64,000 nucleotides of DNA from Acutalibacteraceae bacterium (lineage in GTDB: Bacteria > Bacillota > Clostridia > Oscillospirales > Acutalibacteraceae): assembly GCA_045590855.1 (NCBI GenBank), contig JAZNRV010000077.1:2693-66692 (forward strand), written 5' to 3'. Of the stretch, positions 1 through 10,330 are shown piece by piece. How positions within the stretch are numbered: the first letter of the stretch is position 1; every line of letters begins with the position of its first letter. Both the position numbers and the translations under genes were made by a program. Under the pieces are notes generated by a model. That model was not told where the DNA came from, did not search any database, and was given only the letters and a program-made list of their open reading frames with translations.

Positions 1-590
1 AAAATGGAAATACCGTTACCAATACCCTTTTCGTTGACTTGTTCACCCAACCACATGATAAGTGCCGAACCGGCAACAAAACAAAGGATAATCACAATGG
101 CGGCAAACCAAGCGCCGAAACCGCTTTGTGCTTCTTTTACAAGCACGTTCATGCTGCTGTAATTGGCGTTGTTGCGCAACATAAAGTAATACGCAATACC
201 CAACATAAGACCCAAACCAACCGTTACAAAACGGGTGATTTTCCCAAGCACCTTACGTCCTGCTTCGCCTTCTTTTGCCAACCGTTCCAACGCCGGAATC
301 GCAACCGATAACAGTTGGATAATAATGCTGGCGTTAATGTACGGTGTGATAGACAAAGCAAAAATACTGGCGCTGGAAAAACCGCCGCCGGAAATCATGG
401 TCAAGTAGTCCATGAAATTGGCTTCGTTACCGGCAGTCACAGCAGCGACTGCTTGTGTCAAATTTTCCACATCGACAAACGGTACCGTAATGGCCGAACC
501 GATGCGGAAAATTAACACGATAAACAGCGTATAAAGAATCTTTTTACGCAAATCGGTGATTTTCCATGCGTTTCGTAAAACTTGAAACAC
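1..590 (-). CDS. secY: preprotein translocase subunit SecY, N-terminal part (gene runs off the left edge)
   Basis: Absent from the ORF track. Minus-strand translation from GTG at 588-590 reads VFQVLRNAWKITDLRKKILYTL, a canonical SecY N-terminus. GAGGTGA SD lies 6 nt upstream. Follows rplO as in spc operons. Confidence 0.9.
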   Translation of the reverse strand, partial: MFQVLRNAWKITDLRKKILYTLFIVLIFRIGSAITVPFVDVENLTQAVAAVTAGNEANFMDYLTMISGGGFSSASIFALSITPYINASIIIQLLSVAIPALERLAKEGEAGRKVLGKITRFVTVGLGLMLGIAYYFMLRNNANYSSMNVLVKEAQSGFGAWFAAIVIILCFVAGSALIMWLGEQVNEKGIGNGISI

Positions 591-591
591 G

Positions 592-1032
592 TTAAATCAC
601 CTCAGCCTTTCCACCAGCAGCTTCAATTTTGGCTTTTGCTGCTTCAGAATAGGCTGCTGCTTTTACGGTCAATTTTTTGGTCAACGTACCGTTAGCCAAA
701 ACTTTGATACCGTCAAAAGATTTTTTTACCAAGCCGGCTTCTTTCAATGCTTGCGCATCGACAACAGCACCGTCCTCAAAGGCGTTAAGTGCTGCTAAAT
801 TAACCGTTGCATATTTTGTAGCAAAAATGTTGACAAATCCTCTTTTGGGAACTCGTCTTTGCAAAGGCATTTGGCCACCTTCAAAACCGGGACGCATGCC
901 GCGACCGGCACGAGCTTTTTGACCTTTGTGACCTTTGCCGGCAGTTTTGCCTTGACCGGAGCCATGACCTCTGCCGATTCTCTTGACGTCCCGCACAGAA
1001 CCGGGAGCCGGAGAAAGCTCTTGTAGCTTCAT
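592..1032 (-). CDS. rplO: 50S ribosomal protein L15
   Basis: [12 protein letters not shown]...[22 protein letters not shown]. Start trimmed to ATG 1032, 9 nt after GGAGGTG; the track start at 1044 is the GTG inside that SD. Confidence 0.96.
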   Translation of the reverse strand: MKLQELSPAPGSVRDVKRIGRGHGSGQGKTAGKGHKGQKARAGRGMRPGFEGGQMPLQRRVPKRGFVNIFATKYATVNLAALNAFEDGAVVDAQALKEAGLVKKSFDGIKVLANGTLTKKLTVKAAAYSEAAKAKIEAAGGKAEVI

Positions 1033-1061
1033 AATTGTTTGCACCTCCTTGTTCGAATTGG

Positions 1062-1256
1062 TTAAGCCTCTACTACCTCAACGAGGTGAATAATTTTCGC
1101 TACCTTACCTTGGGTGGCTGCATTAACAGGTTGGCATACCGTGTCGCCTATTTTGCGTAAACCCAAAGAATTGGCAGTGGCAATTTGGTCTTTTTTCGCA
1201 CCAATCAAACTGCGAACGAGTTTGACTTGCATGCAATCTTTCGCTTTCTTTGCCAT
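1062..1256 (-). CDS. rpmD: 50S ribosomal protein L30
   Basis: [30 protein letters not shown] is an L30 signature; position between rpsE and rplO. Confidence 0.95.
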   Translation of the reverse strand: MAKKAKDCMQVKLVRSLIGAKKDQIATANSLGLRKIGDTVCQPVNAATQGKVAKIIHLVEVVEA

Positions 1257-1269
1257 GTGTATGCCCCCC

Positions 1270-1770
1270 TTATCCTAAAACTTCTTTCGCAGTTTTACCG
1301 CGAATGGCACCTGCTTCTTCCGCAGTGCGCAATTGCGTCAAACCGTTCATCACAGCGCTAACCACATTGAAAGGATTGTTGGAGCGGAGAGCCTTGGTAC
1401 GGATGTCCTTAATACCGGCTGCTTCGACAACGGCACGCACAGCGCCGCCGGCAATAACACCGGTACCGGGAGCTGCCGGTTTCATCAAAACTCGACCGGC
1501 TCCGAAAGCGCCGATAATCTCGTGAGGAATGGTGGTTCCTTTCAGAGAAATCTTCACTAAATTCTTTTTCGCGTCCTCGATGCCTTTGCGATTAGCATCC
1601 GGAACTTCACCGGCTTTACCGGTACCGAAACCAACAGTGCCGTTGCCATCACCAACCACTACCAAAGCGGAAAATTTCATCACGCGACCGCCTTTAACGG
1701 TTTTGCTTACACGGTTAATGGCAACTACGGTTTCTTTGTATTCGTCGTTTGTTTCTACACGTCTGGCCAA
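1270..1770 (-). CDS. rpsE: 30S ribosomal protein S5
   Basis: [30 protein letters not shown]...; operon position. Confidence 0.97.
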   Translation of the reverse strand: MARRVETNDEYKETVVAINRVSKTVKGGRVMKFSALVVVGDGNGTVGFGTGKAGEVPDANRKGIEDAKKNLVKISLKGTTIPHEIIGAFGAGRVLMKPAAPGTGVIAGGAVRAVVEAAGIKDIRTKALRSNNPFNVVSAVMNGLTQLRTAEEAGAIRGKTAKEVLG

Positions 1771-1787
1771 AGTAATCCTCTCCTTTC

Positions 1788-2147
1788 TTAGAACTTGAGG
1801 CCGCCCTCACGGGCGCCTTCGGCCAACTGCTCAACACGGCCGTGATAGATGTAACCGCCTCTGTCGAAGACAACGTTTTCGATGCCTTTTTCCAAAGCGC
1901 GTTTTGCGACCAATTCGCCGACCTTGCGGGCAGCTTCTTTATTGCCGCCTGCCATACCGAAATCTTTTTCGGTGCTGGAAGCTGCAAGGAGTGTCACACC
2001 CTTGACATCATCAATGATTTGGGCATAGATGTGGTTCAAGGAGCGAAACACGTTCAAGCGAGGACACTCAGTGGTGCCGGAAATCTTACCGCGCACACGT
2101 AAATGACGGTGCAACCGTGCTTGGTTGCTGTCTTTTTTGCTGACCAT
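1788..2147 (-). CDS. rplR: 50S ribosomal protein L18
   Basis: [34 protein letters not shown]; operon position. Confidence 0.97.
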   Translation of the reverse strand: MVSKKDSNQARLHRHLRVRGKISGTTECPRLNVFRSLNHIYAQIIDDVKGVTLLAASSTEKDFGMAGGNKEAARKVGELVAKRALEKGIENVVFDRGGYIYHGRVEQLAEGAREGGLKF

Positions 2148-2159
2148 GTATTTTCCTCC

Positions 2160-2708
2160 TTACTTCTTGCCCTTGGCACCGGTCTTACCTTCCTTGCGGC
2201 GGATATGCTCGGTGGTGTATTTGATGCCTTTGCCTTTATACGGCTCCGGCGGGCGTTTTTCGCGAATTTCAGCGGCGAATTGACCAACCAATTGTTTGTC
2301 CGGACCGCTAACAATGATTTTGTTCGGGTTGGGGACTTCAATGGTGATTCCCGGAATTTCGCTCATGATAACTTGATGGCTGTAACCTAAGTTCATCACC
2401 AAGTCTTTGCCTTGTTTGGCAACACGGTAACCAACACCGTTGACGTCTAACTCTTTCGAGAAGCCGGTAGCAACGCCTTGCACCATGTTGCTAATCAAAG
2501 TACGGGTCAAGCCGTGCAAAGCACGGTTTTCTTTTTCGTCGTTCGGACGAGTGACTAAAATTTCGCTGCCCTCAACCGTTACGGCCATGTTCGCATGAAA
2601 TTTTTGAGTCAAAGTGCCTTTGGGGCCCTTTGCTGTTACCGTGTTATCGGCAACCGTCACTTGAACGCCGGCAGGAATGGTAATGGGTTTACGACCAATT
2701 CTTGACAT
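2160..2708 (-). CDS. rplF: 50S ribosomal protein L6
   Basis: [19 protein letters not shown]...; operon position. Confidence 0.97.
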   Translation of the reverse strand: MSRIGRKPITIPAGVQVTVADNTVTAKGPKGTLTQKFHANMAVTVEGSEILVTRPNDEKENRALHGLTRTLISNMVQGVATGFSKELDVNGVGYRVAKQGKDLVMNLGYSHQVIMSEIPGITIEVPNPNKIIVSGPDKQLVGQFAAEIREKRPPEPYKGKGIKYTTEHIRRKEGKTGAKGKK

Positions 2709-2721
2709 TTTCTTTTCCCCC

Positions 2722-3123
2722 TTACCACACGAATGCGAGGACTTCGCCGCCCACGTTTTCTTTGCGGGCTTTTTTATCGGTCATAACACCTTTCGATGTA
2801 GACACGATGGCGGTGCCGATGCCTTTCATGACCTTCGGCATATCCTCACTGCTGGAATAGATGCGCAAACCGGGCTTGGAGACACGACGCAACCCCATCA
2901 ATACCGGAGCCTTGGAAGGTCCTTGATATTTCAGAGTAATGCGAATGACGCCTTGCTTGCCATCTTCAATAACTTGATAATTCTTGATATATCCCTCGTC
3001 AACAAGAATCTGGGCAATAGCCTTCTTCATGTTGGAAGCGGGGATATCCACCGAATCATGCTTCGCCGAACTCGCGTTACGAATTCTCGTCAGCATATCG
3101 GCAATTGTATCGGTGATTTGCAT
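2722..3123 (-). CDS. rpsH: 30S ribosomal protein S8
   Basis: [18 protein letters not shown]...; operon position. Confidence 0.97.
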   Translation of the reverse strand: MQITDTIADMLTRIRNASSAKHDSVDIPASNMKKAIAQILVDEGYIKNYQVIEDGKQGVIRITLKYQGPSKAPVLMGLRRVSKPGLRIYSSSEDMPKVMKGIGTAIVSTSKGVMTDKKARKENVGGEVLAFVW

Positions 3124-3149
3124 TCCGTCAACCTCCTTTTAGCTATTGC

Positions 3150-3335
3150 TTACCAACTGGCCTTTTTCACACCGGGAATTTCGCCTTTGTAGGCAAGTTC
3201 CCTGAAGCAAATACGACACACACCGTATTTCCGCAAATAAGCATGGGGACGACCGCAGATTTTGCAGCGGTTGTACGCACGCGTGGAAAACTTGGCGGGG
3301 CGTTGTTGCTTAACTTTCATAGATGTTTTTGCCAT
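3150..3335 (-). CDS. rpsZ: 30S ribosomal protein S14 type Z (zinc-binding, 61 aa)
   Basis: [12 protein letters not shown]...[23 protein letters not shown] with CxxC...CxxC. Confidence 0.96.
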   Translation of the reverse strand: MAKTSMKVKQQRPAKFSTRAYNRCKICGRPHAYLRKYGVCRICFRELAYKGEIPGVKKASW

Positions 3336-3348
3336 GTGTTTTCCCTCC

Positions 3349-3888
3349 TTATTTCGCGAACGGAGCGCCCATCAAGCTGAGCAACTCACGTGCTTCTTCG
3401 TCGGTGTTAGCGGTAGTTACAAAGCAAATGTCCATACCGCGTACCTTGTCGATTTTATCGTATTCGATTTCGGGGAATATCAATTGTTCTTTGATACCCA
3501 TGTTGTAGTTGCCGCGGCCGTCAAACGAGTTGGCGTTGATACCACGGAAGTCACGCACACGGGGCAAAGCCACATTGAACAAACGGTCCAAGAATTCATA
3601 CATACGGTCGCCACGCAACGTGACTTTGACACCGATGTTCATTCCCTCACGCAATTTGAAGTTAGCAACCGATTTTTTGGCTTTGCAAACTACCGGACGT
3701 TGACCGGTGATGGCTTGCAAGTCAATGATGATAGAATCGATAACTTTGGCATTGTCTTTTGCTTCACTGCAACCGACATTGATAACAATTTTGTCCAGCT
3801 TCGGTACTTGCATGACACTCTTGTAGCTGAATTTTTTCATCAGTGCGGGAGCGACATCCTTTTTATAAAACTCTTTTAATCTAGCCAT
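3349..3888 (-). CDS. rplE: 50S ribosomal protein L5
   Basis: [20 protein letters not shown]... Start trimmed from the track start (3933), which would overlap rplX. Confidence 0.96.
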   Translation of the reverse strand: MARLKEFYKKDVAPALMKKFSYKSVMQVPKLDKIVINVGCSEAKDNAKVIDSIIIDLQAITGQRPVVCKAKKSVANFKLREGMNIGVKVTLRGDRMYEFLDRLFNVALPRVRDFRGINANSFDGRGNYNMGIKEQLIFPEIEYDKIDKVRGMDICFVTTANTDEEARELLSLMGAPFAK

Positions 3889-3905
3889 TTGTATGTCCCT
3901 CCTCC

Positions 3906-4238
3906 TTACAGCGTCTCGCCGCATTTTCTGCAAATGCGAACCGAGCGGGATTTGCCGTCGTCACCGGCAACTTTTTTATAAGCAACACGGACGGGCTCTT
4001 TGCAAGCAGGGCAAATAACTTTTACCTTGCAGGCGTACAAAGCGCCTTCGGCTTCAACGATGCCGCCGTTGTCGCCCATTTTACGGGGTTTGACATGTTT
4101 TTTAACCATGTTCAAGCCTTCGACGATAACCTTTCCTTCTTTGGGGCTGACCTCCAACACTTTACCTTTGTTGCCACGGTCATCACCGCTGATGATGAGA
4201 ACGGTATCGCCTTTTTTCACATGAAGTTTGTTACTCAT
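3906..4238 (-). CDS. rplX: 50S ribosomal protein L24 with C-terminal CxxC...CxxC zinc-ribbon extension
   Basis: [28 protein letters not shown] (KOW motif); tail [10 protein letters not shown]...CRKCGETL. Start trimmed to ATG 4238. Confidence 0.95.
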   Translation of the reverse strand: MSNKLHVKKGDTVLIISGDDRGNKGKVLEVSPKEGKVIVEGLNMVKKHVKPRKMGDNGGIVEAEGALYACKVKVICPACKEPVRVAYKKVAGDDGKSRSVRICRKCGETL

Positions 4239-4252
4239 TTCGGTACCTCCCA

Positions 4253-4621
4253 TTACAGCACTTCGGGGGCAAGGCTAAGAATTTTAAGATAATCTTTTTC
4301 TCTTAATTCTCTTGCCACCGGCCCAAAGATACGAGTACCTCTGGGGTTTTTGTCATCACGAATGATGACGGCTGCGTTTTCGTCAAAACGGATGTAAGTA
4401 CCGTCTTCACGACGAACGCCTTTCACTGTACGAACGATAACGGCTTTCACCACATCGCCCTTTTTCACAACGCCGCCGGGTGCTGCTTTTTTAACAGAAG
4501 CAACCACGACATCGCCGATATTTGCATACCTCCGGCCGGAACCACCGAGAACGCGAATACACATAAGCTCCTTCGCGCCGGTGTTGTCGGCAACTTTGAG
4601 GTAGGTCTGCTGTTGTACCAC
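4253..4621 (-). CDS. rplN: 50S ribosomal protein L14
   Basis: (M)[26 protein letters not shown]; GTG start. Confidence 0.97.
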   Translation of the reverse strand: MVQQQTYLKVADNTGAKELMCIRVLGGSGRRYANIGDVVVASVKKAAPGGVVKKGDVVKAVIVRTVKGVRREDGTYIRFDENAAVIIRDDKNPRGTRIFGPVARELREKDYLKILSLAPEVL

Positions 4622-4650
4622 AGTGTGTTCCTCCTTTCAGATTAACCGAC

Positions 4651-4908
4651 TTATTTTGCCTTCTCGATGATTTGCGAAACGCGCCAATGTTTATCCTTGG
4701 ACAACGGGCGGGTTTCCATTACCATAACGCGGTCGCCAACGCGGCACTCGTTATTTTCATCGTGGGCTTTCAGCTTCACGGTATGTTTAATGATTTTTTT
4801 GTACAACGGATGACGGACATTGTCTTCAATGGCAACAACAACGGTTTTGTCCATTTTGTCACTGACGACCGTACCGGTCCGTGTTTTTCTAAGATTCCGT
4901 TCGCTCAC
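4651..4908 (-). CDS. rpsQ: 30S ribosomal protein S17
   Basis: [22 protein letters not shown]...HPLYKK. Confidence 0.97.
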   Translation of the reverse strand: MSERNLRKTRTGTVVSDKMDKTVVVAIEDNVRHPLYKKIIKHTVKLKAHDENNECRVGDRVMVMETRPLSKDKHWRVSQIIEKAK

Positions 4909-4926
4909 AATGTTTCCTCCCTTCCG

Positions 4927-5142
4927 TTACGCTTCTGCGCTGTTTTTGATTTCGTTTTCGCGAATAATGGTTTTCACGACAGCGATTTCTTTTTTAACAG
5001 CTTTCAGACGCATCGGATTGTCAAGTTGATTGATAGCGTGTTGGAATCTCAGGTTGAACAGTTCCTTTTTGAGGTCCGCAAGCCGTTTTTCCAACTCGAC
5101 TTCGTTCAATTCACGGATTTTTTGAATTTCTGTGGACTTCAT
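4927..5142 (-). CDS. rpmC: 50S ribosomal protein L29
   Basis: [33 protein letters not shown]. Confidence 0.95.
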   Translation of the reverse strand: MKSTEIQKIRELNEVELEKRLADLKKELFNLRFQHAINQLDNPMRLKAVKKEIAVVKTIIRENEIKNSAEA

Positions 5143-5567
5143 TTCTGCTCACCGTCCATTTCTTCCTTGCAAACGAATTTGCATTTGATGGGCAGCTTGT
5201 TGGCTGCGAGTCGCATAGCTTCGCGGGCAGTTTCTTCCGGAACGCCGGCGATTTCGAACATCACGCGGCCCGGTTTTACCACGGCAACCCAGTATTCAGG
5301 CGAACCTTTACCGGAACCCATTCGAGTTTCGGCCGGTTTTTCGGTAACCGGTTTGTCGGGGAAAATTTTAATCCAAACTTGACCGCCACGTTTGATGTAA
5401 CGAGTCATAGCAATACGAGCTGCTTCGATTTGGTTGGATTTAATCCAAGCGGGCTCCAAAGCCACCAAACCGAAATCACCGTAGTTGACTTTGTTGCCGC
5501 GAAGAGCCTTACCGGTAAGGCGGCCTCTTTGCACACGACGATATTTTACTCTTTTCGGTAACAGCAT
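5139..5567 (-). CDS. rplP: 50S ribosomal protein L16
   Basis: [21 protein letters not shown]... Start trimmed to ATG 5567, giving a TAATG overlap with the rpsC stop. Confidence 0.96.
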   Translation of the reverse strand: MLLPKRVKYRRVQRGRLTGKALRGNKVNYGDFGLVALEPAWIKSNQIEAARIAMTRYIKRGGQVWIKIFPDKPVTEKPAETRMGSGKGSPEYWVAVVKPGRVMFEIAGVPEETAREAMRLAANKLPIKCKFVCKEEMDGEQK

Positions 5568-6232
5568 TATTTGCGGCCTCCTTCCCGACGGGGCTTCGCA
5601 ACACCGGCGAGCACTTCGCCGCGATAAATCCACACTTTGATGCCGATACGGCCATAGGTGGTGTTAGCTTCTGCGAAACCATAATCGATATCCGCACGCA
5701 AGGTTTGCAGCGGAATGGTACCTTCGTGGTATTGTTCAACACGCGCGATATCCGCACCGCCTAAACGACCGGAAACTTGCGTTTTGATACCTCTGACGCC
5801 GAGTTTCATTGCACGACCGATGCATTGTTTCATAGCACGGCGGAAGGAAATACGTTTTTCCAACTGTTGAGCAATGTTTTCGGCAACCAACTGTGCATCT
5901 GCATCCGGAGTTTTGATTTCCACAATGTTGACCAAAGTGGTTTTACCAAGCATAGCTTCGCAGGTTTGGCGGAGTTTTTCAATTTCCGCACCGCCTTTGC
6001 CGATAACCAAGCCGGGTTTAGCACAGTGAATGTTAACTCGAACACGCGTAGCGTCACGTTCAATCTCGATTTTCGAGATGCCGGCAGCATACAACGTTTT
6101 CTTTAAATAAGTGCGTAATTTGTAATCGGAATAAATGGTGTCGCCCATTTGGTTCTTTTTCACGAACCAGCGGGAGCTCCAATCCTTAATTACGCCAACA
6201 CGTAAACCGTGGGGATTGACTTTTTGTCCCAT
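5567..6232 (-). CDS. rpsC: 30S ribosomal protein S3
   Basis: [23 protein letters not shown]... Confidence 0.97.
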   Translation of the reverse strand: MGQKVNPHGLRVGVIKDWSSRWFVKKNQMGDTIYSDYKLRTYLKKTLYAAGISKIEIERDATRVRVNIHCAKPGLVIGKGGAEIEKLRQTCEAMLGKTTLVNIVEIKTPDADAQLVAENIAQQLEKRISFRRAMKQCIGRAMKLGVRGIKTQVSGRLGGADIARVEQYHEGTIPLQTLRADIDYGFAEANTTYGRIGIKVWIYRGEVLAGVAKPRREGGRK

Positions 6233-6252
6233 GATTTGTCCTCCTCCTTCGC

Positions 6253-6588
6253 TTATTCCTTTTCCTTGAGCACAAGGGTGATGTGTGAGGTTCTCTTTTC
6301 AATGCGGAACGCACGACCCTGTGCTCGCGGACGAACACGCTTCAGAATGGGGCCGGGGCATACAAAGCATTCGGAAACAACCAAATTACTACGTTCCATG
6401 TTGTAGTTGTTTTCCGCATTTGCCACTGCCGATTTGAGCAACTTCTCAACCGGCTCACCGGCAGCCTTGGAAATGTTGTGTGTAATCGCGAGCGCGACGT
6501 CAACCGGTTTATTGCGGATGAGGTCGAGAACGATTTTCACTTTGCGAGGGGACATACGGACGTGTGTTACTTGCGCCCTTGCTTCCAT
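6253..6588 (-). CDS. rplV: 50S ribosomal protein L22
   Basis: [21 protein letters not shown]... Confidence 0.96.
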   Translation of the reverse strand: MEARAQVTHVRMSPRKVKIVLDLIRNKPVDVALAITHNISKAAGEPVEKLLKSAVANAENNYNMERSNLVVSECFVCPGPILKRVRPRAQGRAFRIEKRTSHITLVLKEKE

Positions 6589-6611
6589 AACGTTACTCTC
6601 CTTTCAACCGC

Positions 6612-6884
6612 TTACTTCGTAGTTTTGGAACCGACGTGACCGCGGAAGGTACGAGTCGGAGCAAATTCGCCCAACTTGTGACCAACCATGTCTTCGGTAA
6701 CATACACCGGAACGTGTTTGCGTCCGTCATGCACCGCGATGGTGTGACCGACAAAATCCGGGAAAATCGTGGAGGCGCGGCTCCAGGTTTTCAAAATGCG
6801 TTTTTCCCCGGCTTCATTCATTTCTTGAATCCTTTTCAACAGAACAGGCTGTACGAAAGGACCCTTCTTTACGCTTCTACCCAT
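6612..6884 (-). CDS. rpsS: 30S ribosomal protein S19
   Basis: [11 protein letters not shown]...[29 protein letters not shown]. Confidence 0.97.
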   Translation of the reverse strand: MGRSVKKGPFVQPVLLKRIQEMNEAGEKRILKTWSRASTIFPDFVGHTIAVHDGRKHVPVYVTEDMVGHKLGEFAPTRTFRGHVGSKTTK

Positions 6885-6905
6885 AAATAATGAATCTCCT
6901 TTCGC

Positions 6906-7739
6906 TTACTTGCCGTTGCGGCGCTTCACGATAAATTTATCAGAAGCTTTGTGATGTTTGCGGGTCTTGTAACCAAGCGCCGGTTTACCCCACGGCGTGA
7001 CCGGTCCGGGACGACCGATAGGTGATTTACCTTCACCACCACCGTGCGGGTGGTCGCAGGGGTTCATGACCGAACCGCGAACGGTCGGACGCCAACCCAT
7101 GTGGCGTTTACGGCCGGCTTTACCGATTTTCACGTTTTCGTGTTCCAGGTTGCCGACTTGACCGATGGTTGCCATGCAGTTAAGCGGAATGTTGCGCATT
7201 TCGCCGGAAGGCAAACGAACCATCGCCATGTTGTTTTCTTTACCGACAAGCTGTGCCATCACACCGGCGGCACGAGCAAGCTGAGCGCCTTTGCCCGGAT
7301 ACAGTTCCAAGTTGTGGATAAAAGTACCGGTGGGGATGTTCGCGAGCGGCAAGGCGTTGCCGGGTTTGATATCCGCGCCGGTACCGGCAGTAACAACGTC
7401 ACCAACCGACAAACCCTGCGGAGCTACAATGTAGCGTTTTTCGCCGTCTTCGTATTGCAGCAAAGCAATGTTTGCGCTGCGGTTCGGGTCGTATTCCAAC
7501 GTCATAACGGTGGCTTTTACATCCAACTTGTTACGTTTGAAATCGATGATACGATACTTACGACGGTTTCCGCCGCCGCGATGGCGAACGGTGATGCGAC
7601 CGTAGCTGTTACGGCCGGCTTTTTTTGCCAGAGGAGCCAACAGGCTCTTTTCCGGCGCCACCTTAGACAGTGCGCTGTAATCCAAAACGGACATTCCACG
7701 CCGTCCGGGAGACGTCGGTTTATAAATTTTTGTAGGCAT
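6906..7739 (-). CDS. rplB: 50S ribosomal protein L2
   Basis: [13 protein letters not shown]...[11 protein letters not shown]; AGGAGAG SD 9 nt upstream of ATG 7739. Confidence 0.97.
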   Translation of the reverse strand: MPTKIYKPTSPGRRGMSVLDYSALSKVAPEKSLLAPLAKKAGRNSYGRITVRHRGGGNRRKYRIIDFKRNKLDVKATVMTLEYDPNRSANIALLQYEDGEKRYIVAPQGLSVGDVVTAGTGADIKPGNALPLANIPTGTFIHNLELYPGKGAQLARAAGVMAQLVGKENNMAMVRLPSGEMRNIPLNCMATIGQVGNLEHENVKIGKAGRKRHMGWRPTVRGSVMNPCDHPHGGGEGKSPIGRPGPVTPWGKPALGYKTRKHHKASDKFIVKRRNGK

Positions 7740-7770
7740 TCCGATTCACTCTCCTATTTCTTGGCTTTGC

Positions 7771-7807
7771 GGGGTACGGCCGCTTCTTCGTTTACGAAGG
7801 GTACCCC
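7771..7807 (-). other. nested hairpin inside an unusually long (108 nt) rplW-rplB spacer
   Basis: GGGGTAC(7771-7777)/GTACCCC(7801-7807) encloses CTTCG-TTTA-CGAAG. Confidence 0.5.
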
Positions 7808-7847
7808 ATACGTTGCCGCGACCTTAATTCTTACAGGCGGCTATTGA

Positions 7848-8138
7848 TTAAAACATACCGTCGAAGAATTCGATGGTCTTGGAGTCGGGTTTCAAAGTAA
7901 CAATGGCTTTCTTCCAATCGGAAGTGTAACCTTCGTTACGACCCATGCGGCGAAGATGGCCTTTCATGTTGATGGTGTTAACTTTCGCAACGCGTACGTC
8001 GAAAATTTCTTCCACCGCTTTGGCAATCTCAATTTTGTTTGCGTCTTTTTTTACGCGGAACGTGTACTTCTTTTCCGAAAGCGCCGCCACCGCTTTTTCA
8101 GTGATAACCGGCGCAATAATGATGTCACGAGCATCCAT
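7848..8138 (-). CDS. rplW: 50S ribosomal protein L23
   Basis: IIAPVITEKAVAALSEKKYTFRVKKDANKIEIAKAVEEIF. Confidence 0.96.
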   Translation of the reverse strand: MDARDIIIAPVITEKAVAALSEKKYTFRVKKDANKIEIAKAVEEIFDVRVAKVNTINMKGHLRRMGRNEGYTSDWKKAIVTLKPDSKTIEFFDGMF

Positions 8139-8761
8139 TATGCGTACACCTCCTCAATTTGTGCAACCGCGTCTTTCACAACAATGAAAGTATCGCAGTT
8201 TAATACGTCATAAACGTTTAAGGTGTTTACCAGTGCTGTTTTGACACCGGGGATGTTGCGAGCCGACAAGACAACCGTGTCGTTCTTTTCGGGGAGCACC
8301 AACAAAACTTTTTTCTTCGCTTCCAACACTTGGAGCATGGTAGCGATGGTCTTGGTTTTGATGGATTCCATGGTCAAATCGTCAAGCACTAACATTTCGC
8401 CGGCAGCCACCTTGGAGGAGAAAGCCGATTTGAGTGCCAAACGACGCACTTTCTTGGGTAACACGTAGTTGTAGCTGCGCGGTTTGGGACCGAGCGCAAT
8501 ACCACCGTGAGTCCATTGAGGAGCACGAGTGGAACCTTGACGAGCATGACCGGTGCCTTTTTGACGCCACGGTTTTTTGCCGCCACCACGAACTTCTGCG
8601 CGAGTAAGGGTGGATTGGGTTCCTTGACGCTGATTTGCTAAGTAATTGACAACGGCACTGTGCATAACGGTAGCGTTAGGAGTGATACCGAAAACGGAAT
8701 CTGCCACTTCCAAAGTACCGGTTTGTTTGCCGTTCATGTCAAAAGTAGATACAGTAGCCAT
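8138..8761 (-). CDS. rplD: 50S ribosomal protein L4
   Basis: RQGTQSTLTRAEVRGGGKKPWRQKGTGHARQGS; TAATG overlap with rplW. Confidence 0.97.
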   Translation of the reverse strand: MATVSTFDMNGKQTGTLEVADSVFGITPNATVMHSAVVNYLANQRQGTQSTLTRAEVRGGGKKPWRQKGTGHARQGSTRAPQWTHGGIALGPKPRSYNYVLPKKVRRLALKSAFSSKVAAGEMLVLDDLTMESIKTKTIATMLQVLEAKKKVLLVLPEKNDTVVLSARNIPGVKTALVNTLNVYDVLNCDTFIVVKDAVAQIEEVYA

Positions 8762-8780
8762 TAGTAAAATCCTCCTTCCC

Positions 8781-9413
8781 TTACGCTTTGACGGAATCGG
8801 AGATTAAAATCAAGCCACCGCGGGGGCCGGGAACGGCACCATGAATGGCGATTAAATTGTTCTCCACGTCAACTTTCACAACCTTCAGGTTTTGAACGGT
8901 AACACGTTCAGCACCTAAATGTCCGGCGCCTTTCATACCCTTGTAAACACGGGAAGGCGAAGAACAGGCTCCCAACGAGCCGGCATGGCGGGCAACAGGA
9001 CCCGTACCGTGAGTTTCCTTCAAGCGGCTGTGATTCCAACGCTTGATAGCGCCGGCATAGCCTTTACCTTTGCTGACACCCACTACATCGACTTGGTCGC
9101 CGGTAGCAAAGGTGTCTGCCTTTACGATGTCGCCAACGTTGTAAGCGTCGCAATCTTCGAAGCGGAACTCACGAAGCGCCTTTTTGGGAGCTACGTCAGC
9201 TTTGTCGAAGTGTCCCTTCATGGGTTTGTTGACCTTACCGACGGCGATATCGCCAAAACCGAGTTGAACAGCTGTGTAGCCGTCGTTTTCTGCGGTTTTC
9301 TTTTGAACAACGACGCACGGACCGGCTTCGATGACCGTGACCGGAACGACATTGCCCTTTTCGTCGAAAATCTGCGTCATGCCGATTTTCTTACCGATGA
9401 TGCCTTTTTGCAT
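8781..9413 (-). CDS. rplC: 50S ribosomal protein L3
   Basis: [33 protein letters not shown]... Confidence 0.97.
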   Translation of the reverse strand: MQKGIIGKKIGMTQIFDEKGNVVPVTVIEAGPCVVVQKKTAENDGYTAVQLGFGDIAVGKVNKPMKGHFDKADVAPKKALREFRFEDCDAYNVGDIVKADTFATGDQVDVVGVSKGKGYAGAIKRWNHSRLKETHGTGPVARHAGSLGACSSPSRVYKGMKGAGHLGAERVTVQNLKVVKVDVENNLIAIHGAVPGPRGGLILISDSVKA

Positions 9414-9510
9414 TGTCTATACCTCCTTGGTTATTGGTTCCCCACCAAACGGTGTCGGGAACATGACCTCGCTTTGGCAGAACCGAGGAATTCACCTCGT
9501 CAAACCGGCA

Positions 9511-9822
9511 TTACAGTTTGATTTCGATTTCCACGCCAGCGGGGAGTTCAAGCCCCATCAGGGCTTCAACTGTTTTGTTTGACGGACGAAGGATGTCAAT
9601 CAAGCGTTTGTGCGTACGAGACTCGAATTGTTCACGAGAATCTTTGTACTTGTGCACAGCACGCAAAATGGTAACAACTTCCTTCTCGGTCGGGAGCGGG
9701 ACAGGACCGGAAACACGAGCACCGGTACGGCGAGCGGTTTCTACAATCTTTTCGGCGGATTGGTCCACCAAATGATGGTCATACCCCTTGATACGAATAC
9801 GGATTTTTTCTTTGACTGCCAC
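9511..9822 (-). CDS. rpsJ: 30S ribosomal protein S10
   Basis: (V)[29 protein letters not shown]. Start trimmed to GTG 9820-9822, 8 nt after AAGGAGG; the track start at 9873 adds 17 non-homologous residues. Confidence 0.95.
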   Translation of the reverse strand: MAVKEKIRIRIKGYDHHLVDQSAEKIVETARRTGARVSGPVPLPTEKEVVTILRAVHKYKDSREQFESRTHKRLIDILRPSNKTVEALMGLELPAGVEIEIKL

Positions 9823-10183
9823 TAAAAACGCCTCCTTATTTTTTTGAGTTGGCGGGCGACGCCAAAACTGCACACTGAGCCGGGTGTTCCAACACCGGCA
9901 TTTTAAAACCGGATGCCTGTGGGTTCAAGCCTCCGGGTGCAGTTGTAAGCGTCTTGAAAGACATAAGGCAAAATGTGCGTCGCAAGCACGCCGAAACAAA
10001 GTGCAACTCTCTGCCCCGTTCATTTTGCTCCTTACAGCTATTCCTTGTCGCCCGGTTTGAAATCGGACATACTCAGCGGAAAAACCGACCGTTTGCGGCC
10101 GCAACCTCCCGCGTCATCGCATATCGTGCAGTCTGCATGATACAGCAAAAAGGGCATAGTTATCCTACCCCGCATAATCATGC
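9823..10183 (-). promoter_or_regulatory. long (about 360 nt) structured 5' leader of the S10 operon
   Basis: Lies between the predicted promoter (10190-10218) and the rpsJ SD. Contains a 77-nt three-way junction (9867-9943: ACTGCAC...GTGCAGT closing helix, CCGGA...TCCGG and GCCGGTG...CACCCGGC hairpins) followed by hairpin TTGGCG-TCGCC-CGCCAA. No credible ORF. Confidence 0.5.
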
Positions 10184-10189
10184 CTAACC

Positions 10190-10218
10190 ATTTTACATCA
10201 AGCTTTCCAAAAAATCAA
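10190..10218 (-). promoter_or_regulatory. sigma-A-type promoter for the S10 operon
   Basis: Minus strand TTGATT (10213-10218), 17 nt spacer, TAAAAT (10190-10195). Confidence 0.55.
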
Positions 10219-10267
10219 GTCTTTTTTTCGGTTTTTTTAAAAATTTTTTTACTATATATTTAAGGTG

Positions 10268-10296
10268 TAGACAAAGCCTATTTTTTCGTGTATAAT
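10268..10296 (+). promoter_or_regulatory. sigma-A-type promoter for the lipoprotein gene
   Basis: TAGACA, 17 nt spacer, TATAAT; AGGAGG SD at 10320. Confidence 0.55.
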
Positions 10297-10330
10297 AGGC
10301 AACAGTATTTCCCACACAAGGAGGATAATC

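Noticed and set aside
39-515. Plus-strand ORFs of 90 and 66 aa at the left edge.
   Set aside because: They lie antisense to the secY N-terminal coding region, which translates into canonical SecY sequence.
7044-7847. 267-aa plus-strand ORF, and similar long ORFs at 17163-18068, 22909-23679, 23806-24882, 31455-32486, 46804-47433 and 3262-3879.
   Set aside because: All lie antisense to genes with unmistakable homology (rplB, the ABC ATPase, leuS, smc, dnaE, rplE). Their translations are low-complexity (R/F/G/V/H-rich) with no recognisable motifs and no SD. They are typical shadow ORFs.
9867-9943. tRNA-sized (77 nt) segment with a perfect 7-bp closing helix and a GGTTCAAGCC T-loop-like word in the rpsJ leader.
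   Set aside because: It has only two internal hairpins, with no D arm or anticodon arm geometry and no CCA or discriminator context. I treat it as a three-way junction of the leader, not a tRNA.
9925-10023. 32-codon minus-strand uORF (MNGAESCTLFRRACDAHFALCLSRRLQLHPEA) with AAGGAG upstream in the S10 leader.
   Set aside because: The SD spacing is only 4 nt. The peptide has no features of leader peptides, and it overlaps strongly structured RNA. It cannot be excluded without ribosome profiling, so it is not annotated.
10093-10104. Perfect 12-nt palindrome TTGCGGCCGCAA (contains a NotI site) in the S10 leader.
   Set aside because: It is too short to separate from chance in GC-balanced DNA, and it has no loop for RNA folding and no partner motif.
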